Under the pieces are notes generated by a model, which did no database searches, was not told where the DNA came from, and was given only the letters and a program-made list of their open reading frames with translations. A DNA stretch of 63,607 nt, counting the filler, from Phoronis australis (taxonomy: Eukaryota; Animalia; Phoronida): NCBI GenBank assembly GCA_002633005.1. It is 7 parts of 7 records of this genome, joined end to end, with 100 filler letters (N's around TTAATTAATTAA, not from the genome) between each part and the next. Parts side by side here need not be neighbours in the genome. Positions count along the whole stretch, not along the records: positions 31,998 to 54,758 come from NMRA01000022.1; 6 more parts are not named here. One strand, given 5' to 3'. Position 1 is the stretch's first letter, and every line of letters starts with the position of its first letter. Shown in pieces: positions 37,471 through 49,770 of this stretch. The position numbers and the translations under genes are program-made.

Positions 37471-37795
37471 GGTAATTACACTATTCCACCTTATTGTGTG
37501 CTTAATTGATGAGATTTTGCTGTTCTCAAAAATGGTTACTCGTCATTTTCACTTTCTGAGAGTCAAAAGAATGAAAAAAATAATAAATGATTTATTTAGT
37601 AGAGCAGAAAAGATCATAATTTTCCATCATGGCTCTAGATTTCCGAACACGGCACAGAACTTTACAATTATCATACAACCATGTGTTTAAATACTATACC
37701 TGTATAGGAAGAATACCGCACCATTAAGTGAACGTGATGCAGACATTGAATGAAGTGGTTTTAAAGTAACCGTGTCACATGTACTTTCATACCAG

Positions 37796-37879
37796 CTATG
37801 GAGACGCTCGTATGCCCTACCACCACCTCCAATGGAGAAGTCTAGTAAAGATTGGGCAGGACACGATCCAAGATACCAG
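37796..37879 (+). CDS. PGAM: phosphoglycerate mutase exon, 84 nt (LWRRSYALPPPPMEKSSKDWAGHDPRYQ)
   Basis: CAG/GTAAAG splice sites; WRRSY..PPP and DPRY motifs; absent from the ORF track. Confidence 0.95.
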
Positions 37880-38807
37880 GTAAAGACTAGTTTGTCCTGC
37901 ATGTTGTCCTGTTTACCAGGCTAAAATGAAAATCAAATGAGGCCTTTTGCTCTCATGAAATTGGTCTCATTACAGTTATTAGAGTACTCTTTATCAGGAT
38001 AGGATTCCATTTCTGTTAAAAAATCACAGGTACCGGTAGTGTACATGCAACATTTTCAAGTTGGCAGTTTTAGGATAGGGCAACTCTGATAAACTCTGAA
38101 CTGTTTTCTTGAGTCGCTGTTGGTTTTGATGTTCTTGATGGTGAGAATAATAGAATCCTATCCCAGATTTTATGAGAGTAAAAGACCTAATTCGATTTCC
38201 ATTTCCAGCCAGCTAAACAAGGCAAAATGCTTCTTTAAATGAATAATGCAAACGTTCATTATGGACAACTTGTTCATCATAGACTCTCTGTGAGTGATTG
38301 TGAGAGATGTCTCAAGGGCAGTTCAGCCCTATTACATTGCAGTGCAAGAACCAGAATATTAGGGAGGGCAGAATACTATCACGGACTGGACGGTCTGAGG
38401 CTAATGGTAACTGGGGAGTCAGAGTGTGTAGGAAGTCTCATTTGCTTGTGCTCCTAGTATATAAGCCTGTTTCTATAAATTGAAACTTTACAAAGTTTTA
38501 TTTTACAATAACCAGAAAACACAGACCAGTTGACATCAATGCCAATGCTTACAAAAAACTGCAGTAGCAATTCTCAAGATTGGGTTAGCAAAAATTATTA
38601 ATTTTCTTAAGGTTGGAGCTTGTTCTAAATTTTAGATATAGACGATATTGACTAGTAGTATCCTAAATTCACCTGAAAAACATTGCATCTAGAGACTATC
38701 CCAAACCGAAGAATTTCTACTATAGCTAAGATGTGTTGGCATCAGATGTATGGCTTGAGAGGATAACAGCTGTCATTTCATCTTGATGTTTATTTTGTGT
38801 CCTTTAG

Positions 38808-39015
38808 ATGCTGGACAAGAACCTGATCCCAACCAGCGAGTGTCTCAAAGACACTGTTGAGCGGGTCCTTCCATACTGGTTTGACGTCATCGTACCAGCC
38901 ATTAAGTCTGGTCAGCGCGTCCTCATCGCTGCCCATGGCAACAGTCTTCGTGCCCTCGTCAAGTACCTGGACAACATGACAGATGATGCTATCGTCAAAC
39001 TCAACATACCTACAG
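38808..39015 (+). CDS. PGAM: phosphoglycerate mutase exon, 208 nt ([24 protein letters not shown]...[15 protein letters not shown]...LNIPT)
   Basis: TAG/GTAGG splice sites; AHGNSLR active-site motif. Confidence 0.97.
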
Positions 39016-40452
39016 GTAGGGGTTCAGAAGTGTTGGCTTCTTAAGTTCTTAAACAAATGGGCGATTTTCATGACACATGGGATAGATGACAAATTGCCTG
39101 CGAATCCCAGATTTTTTCACTAAAGGGTTAGTTACTTATTTGCACCAAAATGTGGATTCTTTGTTTCTTCAAGCCTTTGTTATGGATATGCATAGGTGTT
39201 TTGGCAATGTTGTTGTTGAACTGGGTATAATTGTGTTTCAAAAATTGAGTATAATTTATGTATCATTATGTTTGAGCGAAAAAGTTTTCTATATGGGTGA
39301 TTTTTCATCTGCCCACACATACCCATATGAGTGTATACTGGCGTAATCGATGTCTGGACATCGTCTGCTGCTGTATCTCGTAAACCTCTTGTGGTATCTT
39401 CCTGAAAGTTGGCACATGTATTACTATGCAGTTAAGACGGATTGGACTAGCGCTTTTTCCCCTAGTGGCAATTTTAGTTTTTCACATTTGCCTCTATCTA
39501 CATGCACCAAGTTCCTTGATGGATTTTCATGAAATTTGGCAATTATGTTTCTAATGAGATGGCAACAATACTTTGGGACAGATTTATCACATTTTGTGCC
39601 ATCTAGTGACCATTTTTATTTTTGAGTCTGCTGCTCTATCTACCACACTGATTGAAAGATATTTATGAAATGTTACAGATGTGTTTCTGTAATGGATAGC
39701 ATGGCTGACATTGATAGTCAGTCATATCTGGCTATTGTAGCACTCCCTAATGGCTTGGTTATTTGTCTTTGCCTCAATATTTAACCAATTCTTAAATGTA
39801 ATAAATCTTTATGAGATTTGGTACTTTGGTCCTGTTGAAAAGAACAGGTCCAACCCAGAAGCACTCGAGCACAGAATTATGGACACTTATCTTGAGTTTG
39901 TGTTTATGTAAAATGGAAAATGTCAAAAATAATTTGGAGTTTTAGGCCCCGGGCCTGGTGCGTGTGTGTTGGGCCCAGGTGTGTGTGTGTACAAGTGTTG
40001 GGAATCGTCATGGTTTTGTAAAGATTGTTTACCAAATTTTTCAATAGAGCTTGGCAACAGAATGTTCTCTGTTTCCTGACATCAGGTGGTTACTTAAATC
40101 TCCTATAAACCTGTCTTCTCAGGAAAACTACCTTAGGCCACTGTGGCCTGGTCACTGCGTAACCTTGGAAAGTACTGGTCGTAATTTGTTCCTCATTCAG
40201 ATAAGAAGGGATTTCTGGGCGTTGGAAATAGTGTTAACTTTGTTATTGGGTGAGACAAGACTGAATGATTAGTCTTAACATGACTGGTCATTCTTTTTGA
40301 CGAACATTGTCATATGGAATGATCATACATGTCCACTAGTTCTTTCCAAGACCTGTTCAAGTCATTTCTAATCTAAGTAAGGCATAGACCTAACCTGTTT
40401 TTAATGGAATGAATAAAAAATGTTTTTCACACTGTCTTTATTGTTACAAAGT

Positions 40453-40730
40453 CGGCAATAGTACCTTATGAGGGTCCAGGCAATAGTACCTTGTGAGGGT
40501 CCCGACAATAGTACCTTATGTGGGTCCCGGAAATAGTACCGTATGAGGGTCCCGGTAATAGTACCTTATGTGGTTCCCGGCAGTAGTACCTTATGTGGGT
40601 CCCGGCAATAGTACCTTATGTGGGTCCTGGCAATAGTACCTTATGAGGGTCCCGGCAATAGTACCTTGTGTGTGTCCCAGCAATAGTACCTTATGAGGGT
40701 CCCAGCAATATTACCTTATGTGGGTCCCAG
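40453..40730 (+). repeat. 25-bp minisatellite (CGGCAATAGTACCTTATG(A/T)GGGTCC), ~11 copies
   Basis: Visible tandem array in the last PGAM intron. Confidence 0.95.
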
Positions 40731-40874
40731 ATTTTGAAAGCCAGTTTAATGCCTGTTAGAGGATAAAATGTGGGACCACTGAAAGTGACTATTACCACAA
40801 AGTCAGTAGTTGATAGTATTCACTTAAAGGTTGTCCTTTCGATTTAATTTGATAACTTTTTGAACATATTTCAG

Positions 40875-40999
40875 GTATTCCCTTGGTGTACGAGTTAAAT
40901 GGCGATCTCACTCCTATCAAGCATTACTATCTTGGTGACCAAGAAAAGATCCAGGCAGCCATTTCTAGTGTAGCCAATCAGGCCAAGGCTAAGAAGTGA
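40875..40999 (+). CDS. PGAM: phosphoglycerate mutase terminal exon ([41 protein letters not shown])
   Basis: TTTCAG acceptor in phase 1; typical dPGM C-terminus; TGA at 40997-40999. Confidence 0.96.
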
Positions 41000-41666
41000 A
41001 TAGGATACTCTAGCCACCAATGGTGTAACATAACTCTTAGTCTCTAGCAGTCATAATGTTAACTGCACGTTCATGTACACTGTAACAGTTGCAGATTTGG
41101 TTGTGTGTAGATTTCATGATTTGACAATTATTTCACATTCATATGGATCCAGGATAGTGTTTTAGTTATTGGTGATTTGGTGCTTCCTGTATTGTCAAAA
41201 ATTTGTGTTGCAGTTGTGTTTTGTGATTTAAGGTTAACCAGACAATGAACAAAGATCTGATTCAGTGAGTAAACTGGTCTCAAAGACGAATTGTTATCTA
41301 TGCACATATGGTTACAGGATGTATGTGCTGTGTACCAGTGTGCTCTGGCATGGGGACAAATTGTCAAGTATTGTCATTCTGTCTCAGTCATTAAAACTTG
41401 CTGTTCTCAACATTTATTTTGACGTCTCTTAGTGTACTAGCCAACTCTTGAGGGGTCAAATCTAGGTGGTGGTTACCCACCTGCGCTGTTGGGATGAGTA
41501 TCCTGATATCACTGATCAGCTAGTCCTTATCGGTTTGACAGGGATAGCAAGGGGAGAAAGTTGGCAAACCAATCTTTACCTAGTCCAACTCTCTCATAGT
41601 CTGCCTTTACTGATCTGATAAGGTCAGGTAATCCAGCAATTGTATTGTAAACTGCCCTGACCCTAT

Positions 41667-44012
41667 AGACCCTATTCACGCCGACAGGAGGCGCGTTCCA
41701 AAACGAGGTTCGCTACGATAGCTCTGGTGGCTTATCCGCGTAGTTGTAGTCCGCGTTGCTCGAACCAGAGCTAGAAAAAATAAGGACACTCAACTGTCGG
41801 TTTTACAACGACAAAGGACGTTGGGATTCGAAAGCGTTGGGTCCTTGCCATACGAAGGAAAATATGTCCGTGTAAAATTTATAACTGTTTTAGAACCATA
41901 ATTTGTCGCATCTCGGATGCCGCCATACCAACGAGGACCGAGAATATTCGGCCAGCCAGGCTGTGTTTTCATGACTATGGGTTGAAGCGTGATGCATTTT
42001 TCTTTACAAAAAGGACAGGGTCCTCAATCCCTCAATTTTGGGGCCAAATATCGGCCGTTTTCCCCTCTCAAAAATATTGAAAAGTCACGCGAAATTCCCG
42101 GTCCCGCCACGAGGCCTAAAAATTCCCTTAGTGATTGAAAAATTCTCTCCAACTGTTCAAATCGCCTGTGACCACAGAGATCACAATTTGAAAAGTACAA
42201 AATCATAGGCGGATTTGACTGCCGCAAGCAAAATAAACGTGAAGCGGGAGGACTATACTGAGTTCGAGCTAGGACCGGTAGCGGACGAGGGGGAAAGAAC
42301 GTTCCGTTGTTTTTTTAGTCCAACGACAGATTTCCTGAGTAGAAGGTATACATCCTCGGCCTGCGTGCATACAATCGCGCTTTGCATCCTCTCCGAGGAT
42401 GTTGGGACCCCCCTCATGGTATCCTAGATCAGCCAATGGACATGCTACTTGAGACAGACTAGCTATGAGGTTGCAACAGGGCGGGGTGCTATTGATGGTG
42501 ATCGGGAGGTCAGTAGATTTCTCACTGACCCGTCACTCGGCGAAACGGGCCTCTCAGAAGCCGCACAGGCACCTTTGCCCTCGGATACTGATGAACGAGA
42601 CCTCTGATGAAACATGATAACTATGCTTGTTAAAGGGGGATCCAGGACTTGGAGTTGGGGGGGGGGGGACCAAGGCAGAGTATTAGGCAGGATTGCCCGT
42701 CAGACATTCGCGCTCCCGAACTGCTCAATGGAATCTGGGAGAATTTTAGGGGGGGANTAGAAGGTATACATCCTCGGCCTGCGTGCATACAATCGCGCTT
42801 TGCCTCCTCTCCGAGGATGTCGGGCCCCCCTCATGGTATCCTAGATCAGCCAATGGAAATGCTACTTGAGACAGACTAGCTATGAGAGTTTGCAACAGGG
42901 CGGGGTGCTATTGATGGTGATCGGGAGGTCAGTAGATTTCCCACTGACCCGTCACTCGGCGAAACGGGCCTCTCAGAAGCCGCACAGGCACCTTTGCCCT
43001 CGGATACTGATGAACGAGACCTCTGATGAAACATGATAACTATGCTTGTTAAAGGGGGATCCAGGACTTTGAGTTGGGGGGGGGGGGACCAAGGCAGAGT
43101 ATTAGGCAGGATTGCCCGTCAGACATTCGCGCTCCCGAACTGCTCAATGGAATCTGGGAGAATTTTAGGGGGGGGGAGCATGGCCCCCTTGGCTCCCCTC
43201 TAAATCTACCACTGTGTTCTTTCCGGTTAACTGAAACTGAGCTCTAAAACGATGTTATGCTTTGTACGAAAGAATCGGGTGTTTTAATTTTAAAATTCAA
43301 CTTGGTCAAGATTGATATTTGAAAAATAACACATGAAAAACCAGGAAAGCAGAATTGTAGGTCATATAATTTTTATTTTCAATTGCTGGTTTTTTATCGT
43401 AATCAAAATATATACTTAATAACATCAAGTATTATTTCAGATCAATGACTGAAATCAACTGTGAGTACCGGTAGTGCCTACCTCACCATGCAGGATCTAG
43501 GCTAGCTAAGTAGGCCTACTGTTGATCAACAAATTAAACCAGATGTGACTAATTGCAGCAGACTTGACAGCAAAATGCTACATGTATGAGCCACCACTGT
43601 CGAATATATCTTCAACTCGTCAACAATACGACCAGATGACCTGGTTCGTGTAGAAAGCATTTTTATCAAGAATTTATTAGAAGAAACGTAACCCAGCAGA
43701 ATACCTAAGTAATCCGTAACACTACGATCGCCGCAATTTGGTCATGTTTACTTTTCATGTTTCGAACCTAGTTTTCCGGAAAAAAAACTTATATCCTTTC
43801 GTCAGACAACTCTTTGGTGCATTGACTTGTTCTTTAACTGTAATTTTCTACGTCTCTACCGTTAATTATTGACACATTTTTTAAGATTTAATATTCAGGT
43901 TGGACTCCAAAGACCGGCCATTTACTCACGCAATTTAAATTTCCGCTTTGTTTATCGCCGCCAAGAGCCTCGCTTTGGATATTAAAGTCCGCCGCGTGAA
44001 CTCAGTGGGTCT
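41667..44012 (+). mobile_element. ISL2EU/PIF-Harbinger-like non-autonomous element with THAP and second-ORF remnants
   Basis: AT flanks (41665-41666, 44013-44014); imperfect TIR AGACCC..TTCACGC; plus-strand THAP-like relic (CSPRCSN...KDVGIRKRWVLAIRR, ~41740-41860); convergent minus-strand relic APKSCLTKGYKFF (~43780-43820). Confidence 0.7.
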
Positions 44013-44191
44013 ATAACCGATATTTGAAAATACTATTTCCAAACCACTTCAACCAATGTTGTGCGGAAGATGTGTTTTTATGAAATACTATCACCAAAAA
44101 ACTCCAGTGTGGATAAAAACCGTTGAATTTCAGAGAAGTTAGACTTAACTTTTAACTGCTAACTCCTTTGTGTAACTGTACTAAGCTCTGA

Positions 44192-44350
44192 CCTGGCGTG
44201 CGTTCAGTAGACGCTAGGACCTACGTTAGGACCTAGCTAAAACCTAGTCAAAGTCACGTGCTTTCATTCAAAATACACGGCAATATCTCACGTAATCTGG
44301 CGAAGTCTTGCTTTTTAGCGAGGTCCTAGCGTTACTGAACGGGAGGCAGC
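44192..44350. mobile_element. ~160-bp MITE
   Basis: Inverted arms CGTTCAGTA(G)ACGCTAGGACCT / AGGTCCTAGCGTTACTGAACG; an end fragment recurs at ~62392-62430. Confidence 0.65.
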
Positions 44351-47300
44351 TTTACTACCACAGCATTGTGTACCAACGCAATAGCGCTGGTTGTCAAATT
44401 TAATGGAGTGTGATTCTAGATTAAGATTCTGAAATTGGAAATTTCTTGGTGTTAACGTCCAGGGTAATGGTACATAACGTGACCAGCCACGTTCACTTCG
44501 GCCCATTTCAATCTGTGTGGTATAGCTGAGAGAATGTAGTGTTTATAAAAATATTCTTTAACACATATCTGTTATCTTAATTTCAACATACACTAAAAGT
44601 CCACACAGTCACAGTTGAAGCTTTACTCCAAATCCATCTGTAAAATTGGAACATTAGGTGCAGAAACTTCATTGGCTGAGCTGACCAGAAAATGCCTGTG
44701 ACGAATCCGTGTTTCCAAACCCCGCGTAGATCGATGAACATCCAAGGGGCCGAAGTTTCATTTAAACACGTGGCCTTGCAACTTTTATGTGAGAGTGAAA
44801 TAATATATTTGGTAAAGTCCGAATGTTCAAAAACTTACAGCCCTTATTCTACAGCTTTCTTTATTCAACCCAACGCGAAAACTATTGTAGTTTTGCTGAG
44901 CAGTACCGACAAATATCAAGTACTGTGAGTGACCGTTCTTTGTAAGCCTTTGGAAAGAAAACTGTATTACACTGTGCCAAACCGACCGAATGCCTCGACC
45001 ATAGGCATCTAAAAATTGATGTGATTCGTTACTACGTTAATTGAGTTTTTCTAAAAACTCATTGAGATACAAAGCAAATAGCAGAGGGCTTATCATATAG
45101 CATTGACGAGTACCAAAAGTGCAAATAATCAAGACTGTTAACCATCACGTGTTTCAACGAATGATTTCACCTTGCTATACACAGAACGCAGAGTCATGGG
45201 CGGATCCAGGATTTTGAGTTAGGGGGGGNAATTTGCATAAGTCTATGAACAAGTAAAATATGTGGTACTCGATCAAAAGCCTTTTGATTACGCTTGCATT
45301 GCAAACACCTTAAAAGCCCATACTTTGCTAAGTGAGAGGGCGCTGTGGACGACAATGCAAGTTTCCAAAAGAATCCCCATTGGGATTGAGCACTTGCGTG
45401 GACGCAAATCACTTCGCTTTAACGAATGTTTCCGAAAGATCCCCCGGTGGTTCTTTCGTAAATCGCAAGTAAGTCCGGCTAGAGAGTACATGTATACATT
45501 CTTATTCCCATTTGACATTGAGACATATAGGCCTACTTTTCTTTGTTGTAAAGCTGCAAGTCTTGATGCAACTGAGAAGTTGCTTTAAAATTGATTGCAC
45601 ATTTCCATTTTCACCGGCGCTGAATAACTGAAATTGCGGTATTCGCTGTTGTTAATCGTTTAAGTAAAATTGTAAACATGTAGAGTTACTTTTGACGATA
45701 CCAAAATTTCGTTATTATTGTTAGTGTTGCTAACTCAAGATGTAACAATTTCATTCTTGAATAAGTTGACACCAGCTGCACATGTCTCATATATGTGTTA
45801 ATAACGGTAACTTTGTTGATCATCTTCGATATTGTGTACACGTACATGTATGTGTAAAATGAAAATTAAATTTTCATTTTGCAGTACGTGCATCCAGTCC
45901 AAAAATGGGGCCTCGAATTTGCGGACCTTTTACTAAAAAGGGGTTACGTCCAGAGCTATAAATTGTGCATTTACTGAATTTTAGGAGTTCCTGCCTTTTT
46001 GTGGATTTGTCTTTTGTTTCGTTTTCTACTTTTTTCGGAGTTTTTTGTTTATCTGAGGCCGACCTTTTTGCCCACTTCGCCAAATAGTTCCCCGAGCCTC
46101 CCTGGGTGCGCGCATATTTTGCATGATGATCCATGATCATGTCTTCTTGATCAAAGTTTTATCCTGGAGCCCTGATAACTAACTAAAGGCCTCCCGCACT
46201 TTATGGGCTTACATGATTTACCTATATAATGTAAGTACATTTTCTGATAGCGACCTACATTATAAAAAATTAAGGACAAGCTGCACAGGTCGTATTAATT
46301 TTAGAGGGTATAAAATTCACGATGGCAGGTTGGTCCTGTGACTTATTTATCACTAGTCTACAAATGTGCACATGCGCCCGACAGTTTCCCATTCAACTAT
46401 CTCAGTATTTTGTTGATTTCGGCACAAGTAACAGAAAACAGCCAATCCCATACGCTGTATCTAACACTCAATTCCCGATTTTCTATTAGTAGACAGGATG
46501 CATTTTAGAAGGTTTCAATTAATGTTCACACGTATGAAAAAATCCAATTGTACGGGCAAAGAACTTGCGTTTTGTATCAAAAACAAACTCAAAGTTTGAT
46601 TTACACCATTATTTACTCTCTAACAACGTGAGGATTCATCTTTGTCTACTCTCTAAAAATTTCCAGTGTCTTAAAATGCCTCAGCGACTCACTCCTGGCC
46701 GTCACTAAAAATAAAGTTGAGTCTCTTCCGGATAGATACATGTACTACTGGAGACTTGACTGGTTCGGAGGTTCGGTTTTGTCAGTCAACATCTTTGACG
46801 TAATTCGCTTAATCAATGCCTCAGCAAATTCTGACTCAATTAGTTTTTTTATTAGCTGACGTCGATGGCCGCTCAGTAATCTACAGTAGCTGGCCAGTTG
46901 TCGAGGGACATGGTCATTGTCTGATGATATCTCACCAATATCTTAATAACCAGTCTCTGACTTTTAGTTACAATAAAGCGATGGCCATTTAAATACACTG
47001 TTCTCATTGAGCAACTGGTGTGTGTTATCGCGGAACACGGGGATGAGACTCCACTTAGGATCTTCAGAGCAGTTAGTTCGAGATGAGTGTGCCAATTCAA
47101 TGGAGGTGCCCGGTGACCGGGTGTAGCCGGGCGCAGATCCCGTATCAAGGTCTCAATGGGGGCCTGGCGTGGACAGGCTTACCTGGAACATGATATACAA
47201 CCCCAAACTACGAAAAAGAGGTTCAGAACCCTTAGACACCCCACTGAATCCTCACACTCAGTGCTTTGACGAAGCCACTGATCATGCATTTTCATTGTAC

Positions 47301-48912
47301 TATGGGGCCACCAATTTGTTTATATTCAGGCCTATAATTATATGAGTGCCAAGTGATAGATCGATACGTTAGACACATTCTAATAAAACCTCAGCTGTGC
47401 TGGTTTCCGCAAGAGAAGTCCTTGATCGATATGAGATCATTTACATAAATAGATGACATCACATACATGTACACGGTCTGCTGTTGCCTGATCGATTTCA
47501 ATATCCGTCGGCTGCGTTATATGAGCAGTGCGCATGTGCAGAGTTTGAATTGTATTATGTTTATCAGACGGCGAAAGACAATCAATAATTTCTTGTATTA
47601 TTCATCGAACGAACAACTTGCAATCACGCCCCAGACGTATGTGCTCGGGTTCTGAGTTGCCAAGGAAAATGTCGAGCTAGTCAGAGCTGTGAGTGTTGGT
47701 GAGTTGATTTTATACGTCATCTCTTTTTAATATTTTGTCTTTATTTTGAGCAAGCCCGTTCTACTGAGCCCTGAAGATTTGGTGTTGAAACTCAATAGTC
47801 GTGGCGTTCTCTCAGATTCAGGTTGTTTGCAAAGATGTTGGTCAATATGACGATGAATTCGAATTAATTGTTCTATAATCTTAAATGTATGTGTGGTAGT
47901 TAAATAGGATTTTCACATGCTCATGTGTACGACGTGAGGATATGATCACTAGTTAGTGCAGAGCGGATAATACGAATTACACCAGCAAGAGTGACGAGAA
48001 TTTTATTTCTAGTTTTGACTGATACTTATTTAACCTTTGTAGGTCTACACGCCATTCGAAGATCGTAGATTGAAATGCTCAGATTTTTACTGGACTTGTT
48101 CGAAAACAGAATTATAACCGTTTAGATCATTCACATCCGATCCAGTGGCAGATTTAGAGGGAGGGGGGGCAAGGGGACCATGGCCCCCCTATAAAGTTCT
48201 CCCAAATTCCACTTGGCAATACGGGGGTGCGATATCCTGGATCCACCCTTTCGATCTGTTTACATACTAATGCCAGTGTTTCAGTAATTATGGGTCATTC
48301 ATAGTGTTGACACAATCAGAGATGCTACTCAAATACTAGTAATTAACATTTTCTATAGAAATGTTGGTTAAGCATTTTTAATCTCATTTCGTCAACTTAG
48401 TGGACGTGTGCGAAGGCACTACTTAGGTTTAGTTGCCTGGTTACATTGTATGTAGGTATCCAAGTTCGTATTTTTATTCTGGTTCAAAGGTGCAAATCTG
48501 TAAATGCTTGTCTTGTAGTCTGCAATCAAACGTAGAACGTGCGAAATTGTGTACACCAGCCTGTATTTGGTACAATAGTTCATAAAGCTGGTTCTTTTCA
48601 GATTTTGGGCATTTCCATCACTGACAAATATCATCACATCTGCAGCCGCCTTAGGGCTTTCACATTTCCTAGACAACTTGGATCTTACATAAGGAATGGT
48701 CACGTGGGCAAAGAAGCACGGGGGCAGCCAGTAAGCTGGTTCATGAGGGTGTTATTAGCCGTCTGTTGCCTGAATATTCGCTAGAATTAAGAATATATTG
48801 ATAATTTGTTTAGAAGAATACTCTACCGACGAAAGCGTCCTTACAGTATCTCTTCAGAAAATCGAAGAATAAGATTGGTGTTAACTGCTTTGTTTACGAG
48901 TAAGTGACAACG

Positions 48913-49770
48913 ATGGGAACCGTACTTTCGTTTACTCCTCGCCCAAGGAAGCCATTGTATGAGGATATTAACCTGAATAACTACAATTATGAGCTGCTCA
49001 ATAACAATAAAAACGGCACGAATAAAGATATTAAAAACTTGAAAAAACAGTCCGTGTTCTTGAGCGCACTGAGCTGGAAAAAGTTTAATGTGCAGTCTTG
49101 TAAGAAGAAAGAGAGCAAGCTTTTTGCAAAACTGACCAATCAGCTGCCTGGAAGAGTTGACAATAATTTACATGTGGACAAAAACAAGAACCGAGAAGGC
49201 ATCAAGTCGTTATCTTGCTACAGCATCAAAACCAACAACGAAAATCATGTGACAAATAAAAGCAAGAATGTGTTGAAAAAATCCGACACTTTCCCATCGC
49301 CAAAGAAAACGGTTATTCAGGCTTCCACTTCCGAACTCCTGAAATGCCTCGGTGAGTTTCTGTACCAGTCTTGCCCAAAGCTGAAACGTTTCGAACCTGA
49401 TGATGCAGTCATGTGGTTACGTAACGTCGACAGAAGCTTGCTTCTGCAAGGATGGCAGGATATCGCGTTTGTTAATCCCGCAAACGTTGTATTCGTATAC
49501 ATGTTAACGAGAGAGCTTGTAGCAGACAACATTGAAACGGAAATGGAACTCCAGGCGACGGTGCTCACGTGTTTGTACTTATCCTATAGTTACATGGGTA
49601 ATGAAATATCGTATCCATTGAAACCGTTTTTAGTCGAAAAGGATAGAGATGCATTCTGGGATCGGTGTTTGCACATAATCAATACAATGAGTGAAAAAAT
49701 GCTCCGAATAAACAGCGACCCAAGGTTCTTCACTGAAATTTTTAGCGAACTGAAGTCATTTAGTGCTTAA
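48913..49770 (+). CDS. CDK5R1: cyclin-dependent kinase 5 activator (p35/p39 family), intronless CDS, 285 aa
   Basis: N-terminal myristoylation motif MGTVLS (true ATG at 48913); [32 protein letters not shown] and [23 protein letters not shown] motifs. Confidence 0.98.
   Translation: MGTVLSFTPRPRKPLYEDINLNNYNYELLNNNKNGTNKDIKNLKKQSVFLSALSWKKFNVQSCKKKESKLFAKLTNQLPGRVDNNLHVDKNKNREGIKSLSCYSIKTNNENHVTNKSKNVLKKSDTFPSPKKTVIQASTSELLKCLGEFLYQSCPKLKRFEPDDAVMWLRNVDRSLLLQGWQDIAFVNPANVVFVYMLTRELVADNIETEMELQATVLTCLYLSYSYMGNEISYPLKPFLVEKDRDAFWDRCLHIINTMSEKMLRINSDPRFFTEIFSELKSFSA

Noticed and set aside
40453-40730. CRISPR-like regular repeats
   Set aside because: Head-to-tail 25-bp units with no unique spacers and no cas genes; an intronic minisatellite
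42340-43176. ~417-bp tandem duplication
   Set aside because: Single N at 42757; same artefact pattern
48904-48912. GTG start given by the ORF track for CDK5R1
   Set aside because: Eukaryotic gene; the conserved myristoylated MGTVLS start is the ATG at 48913
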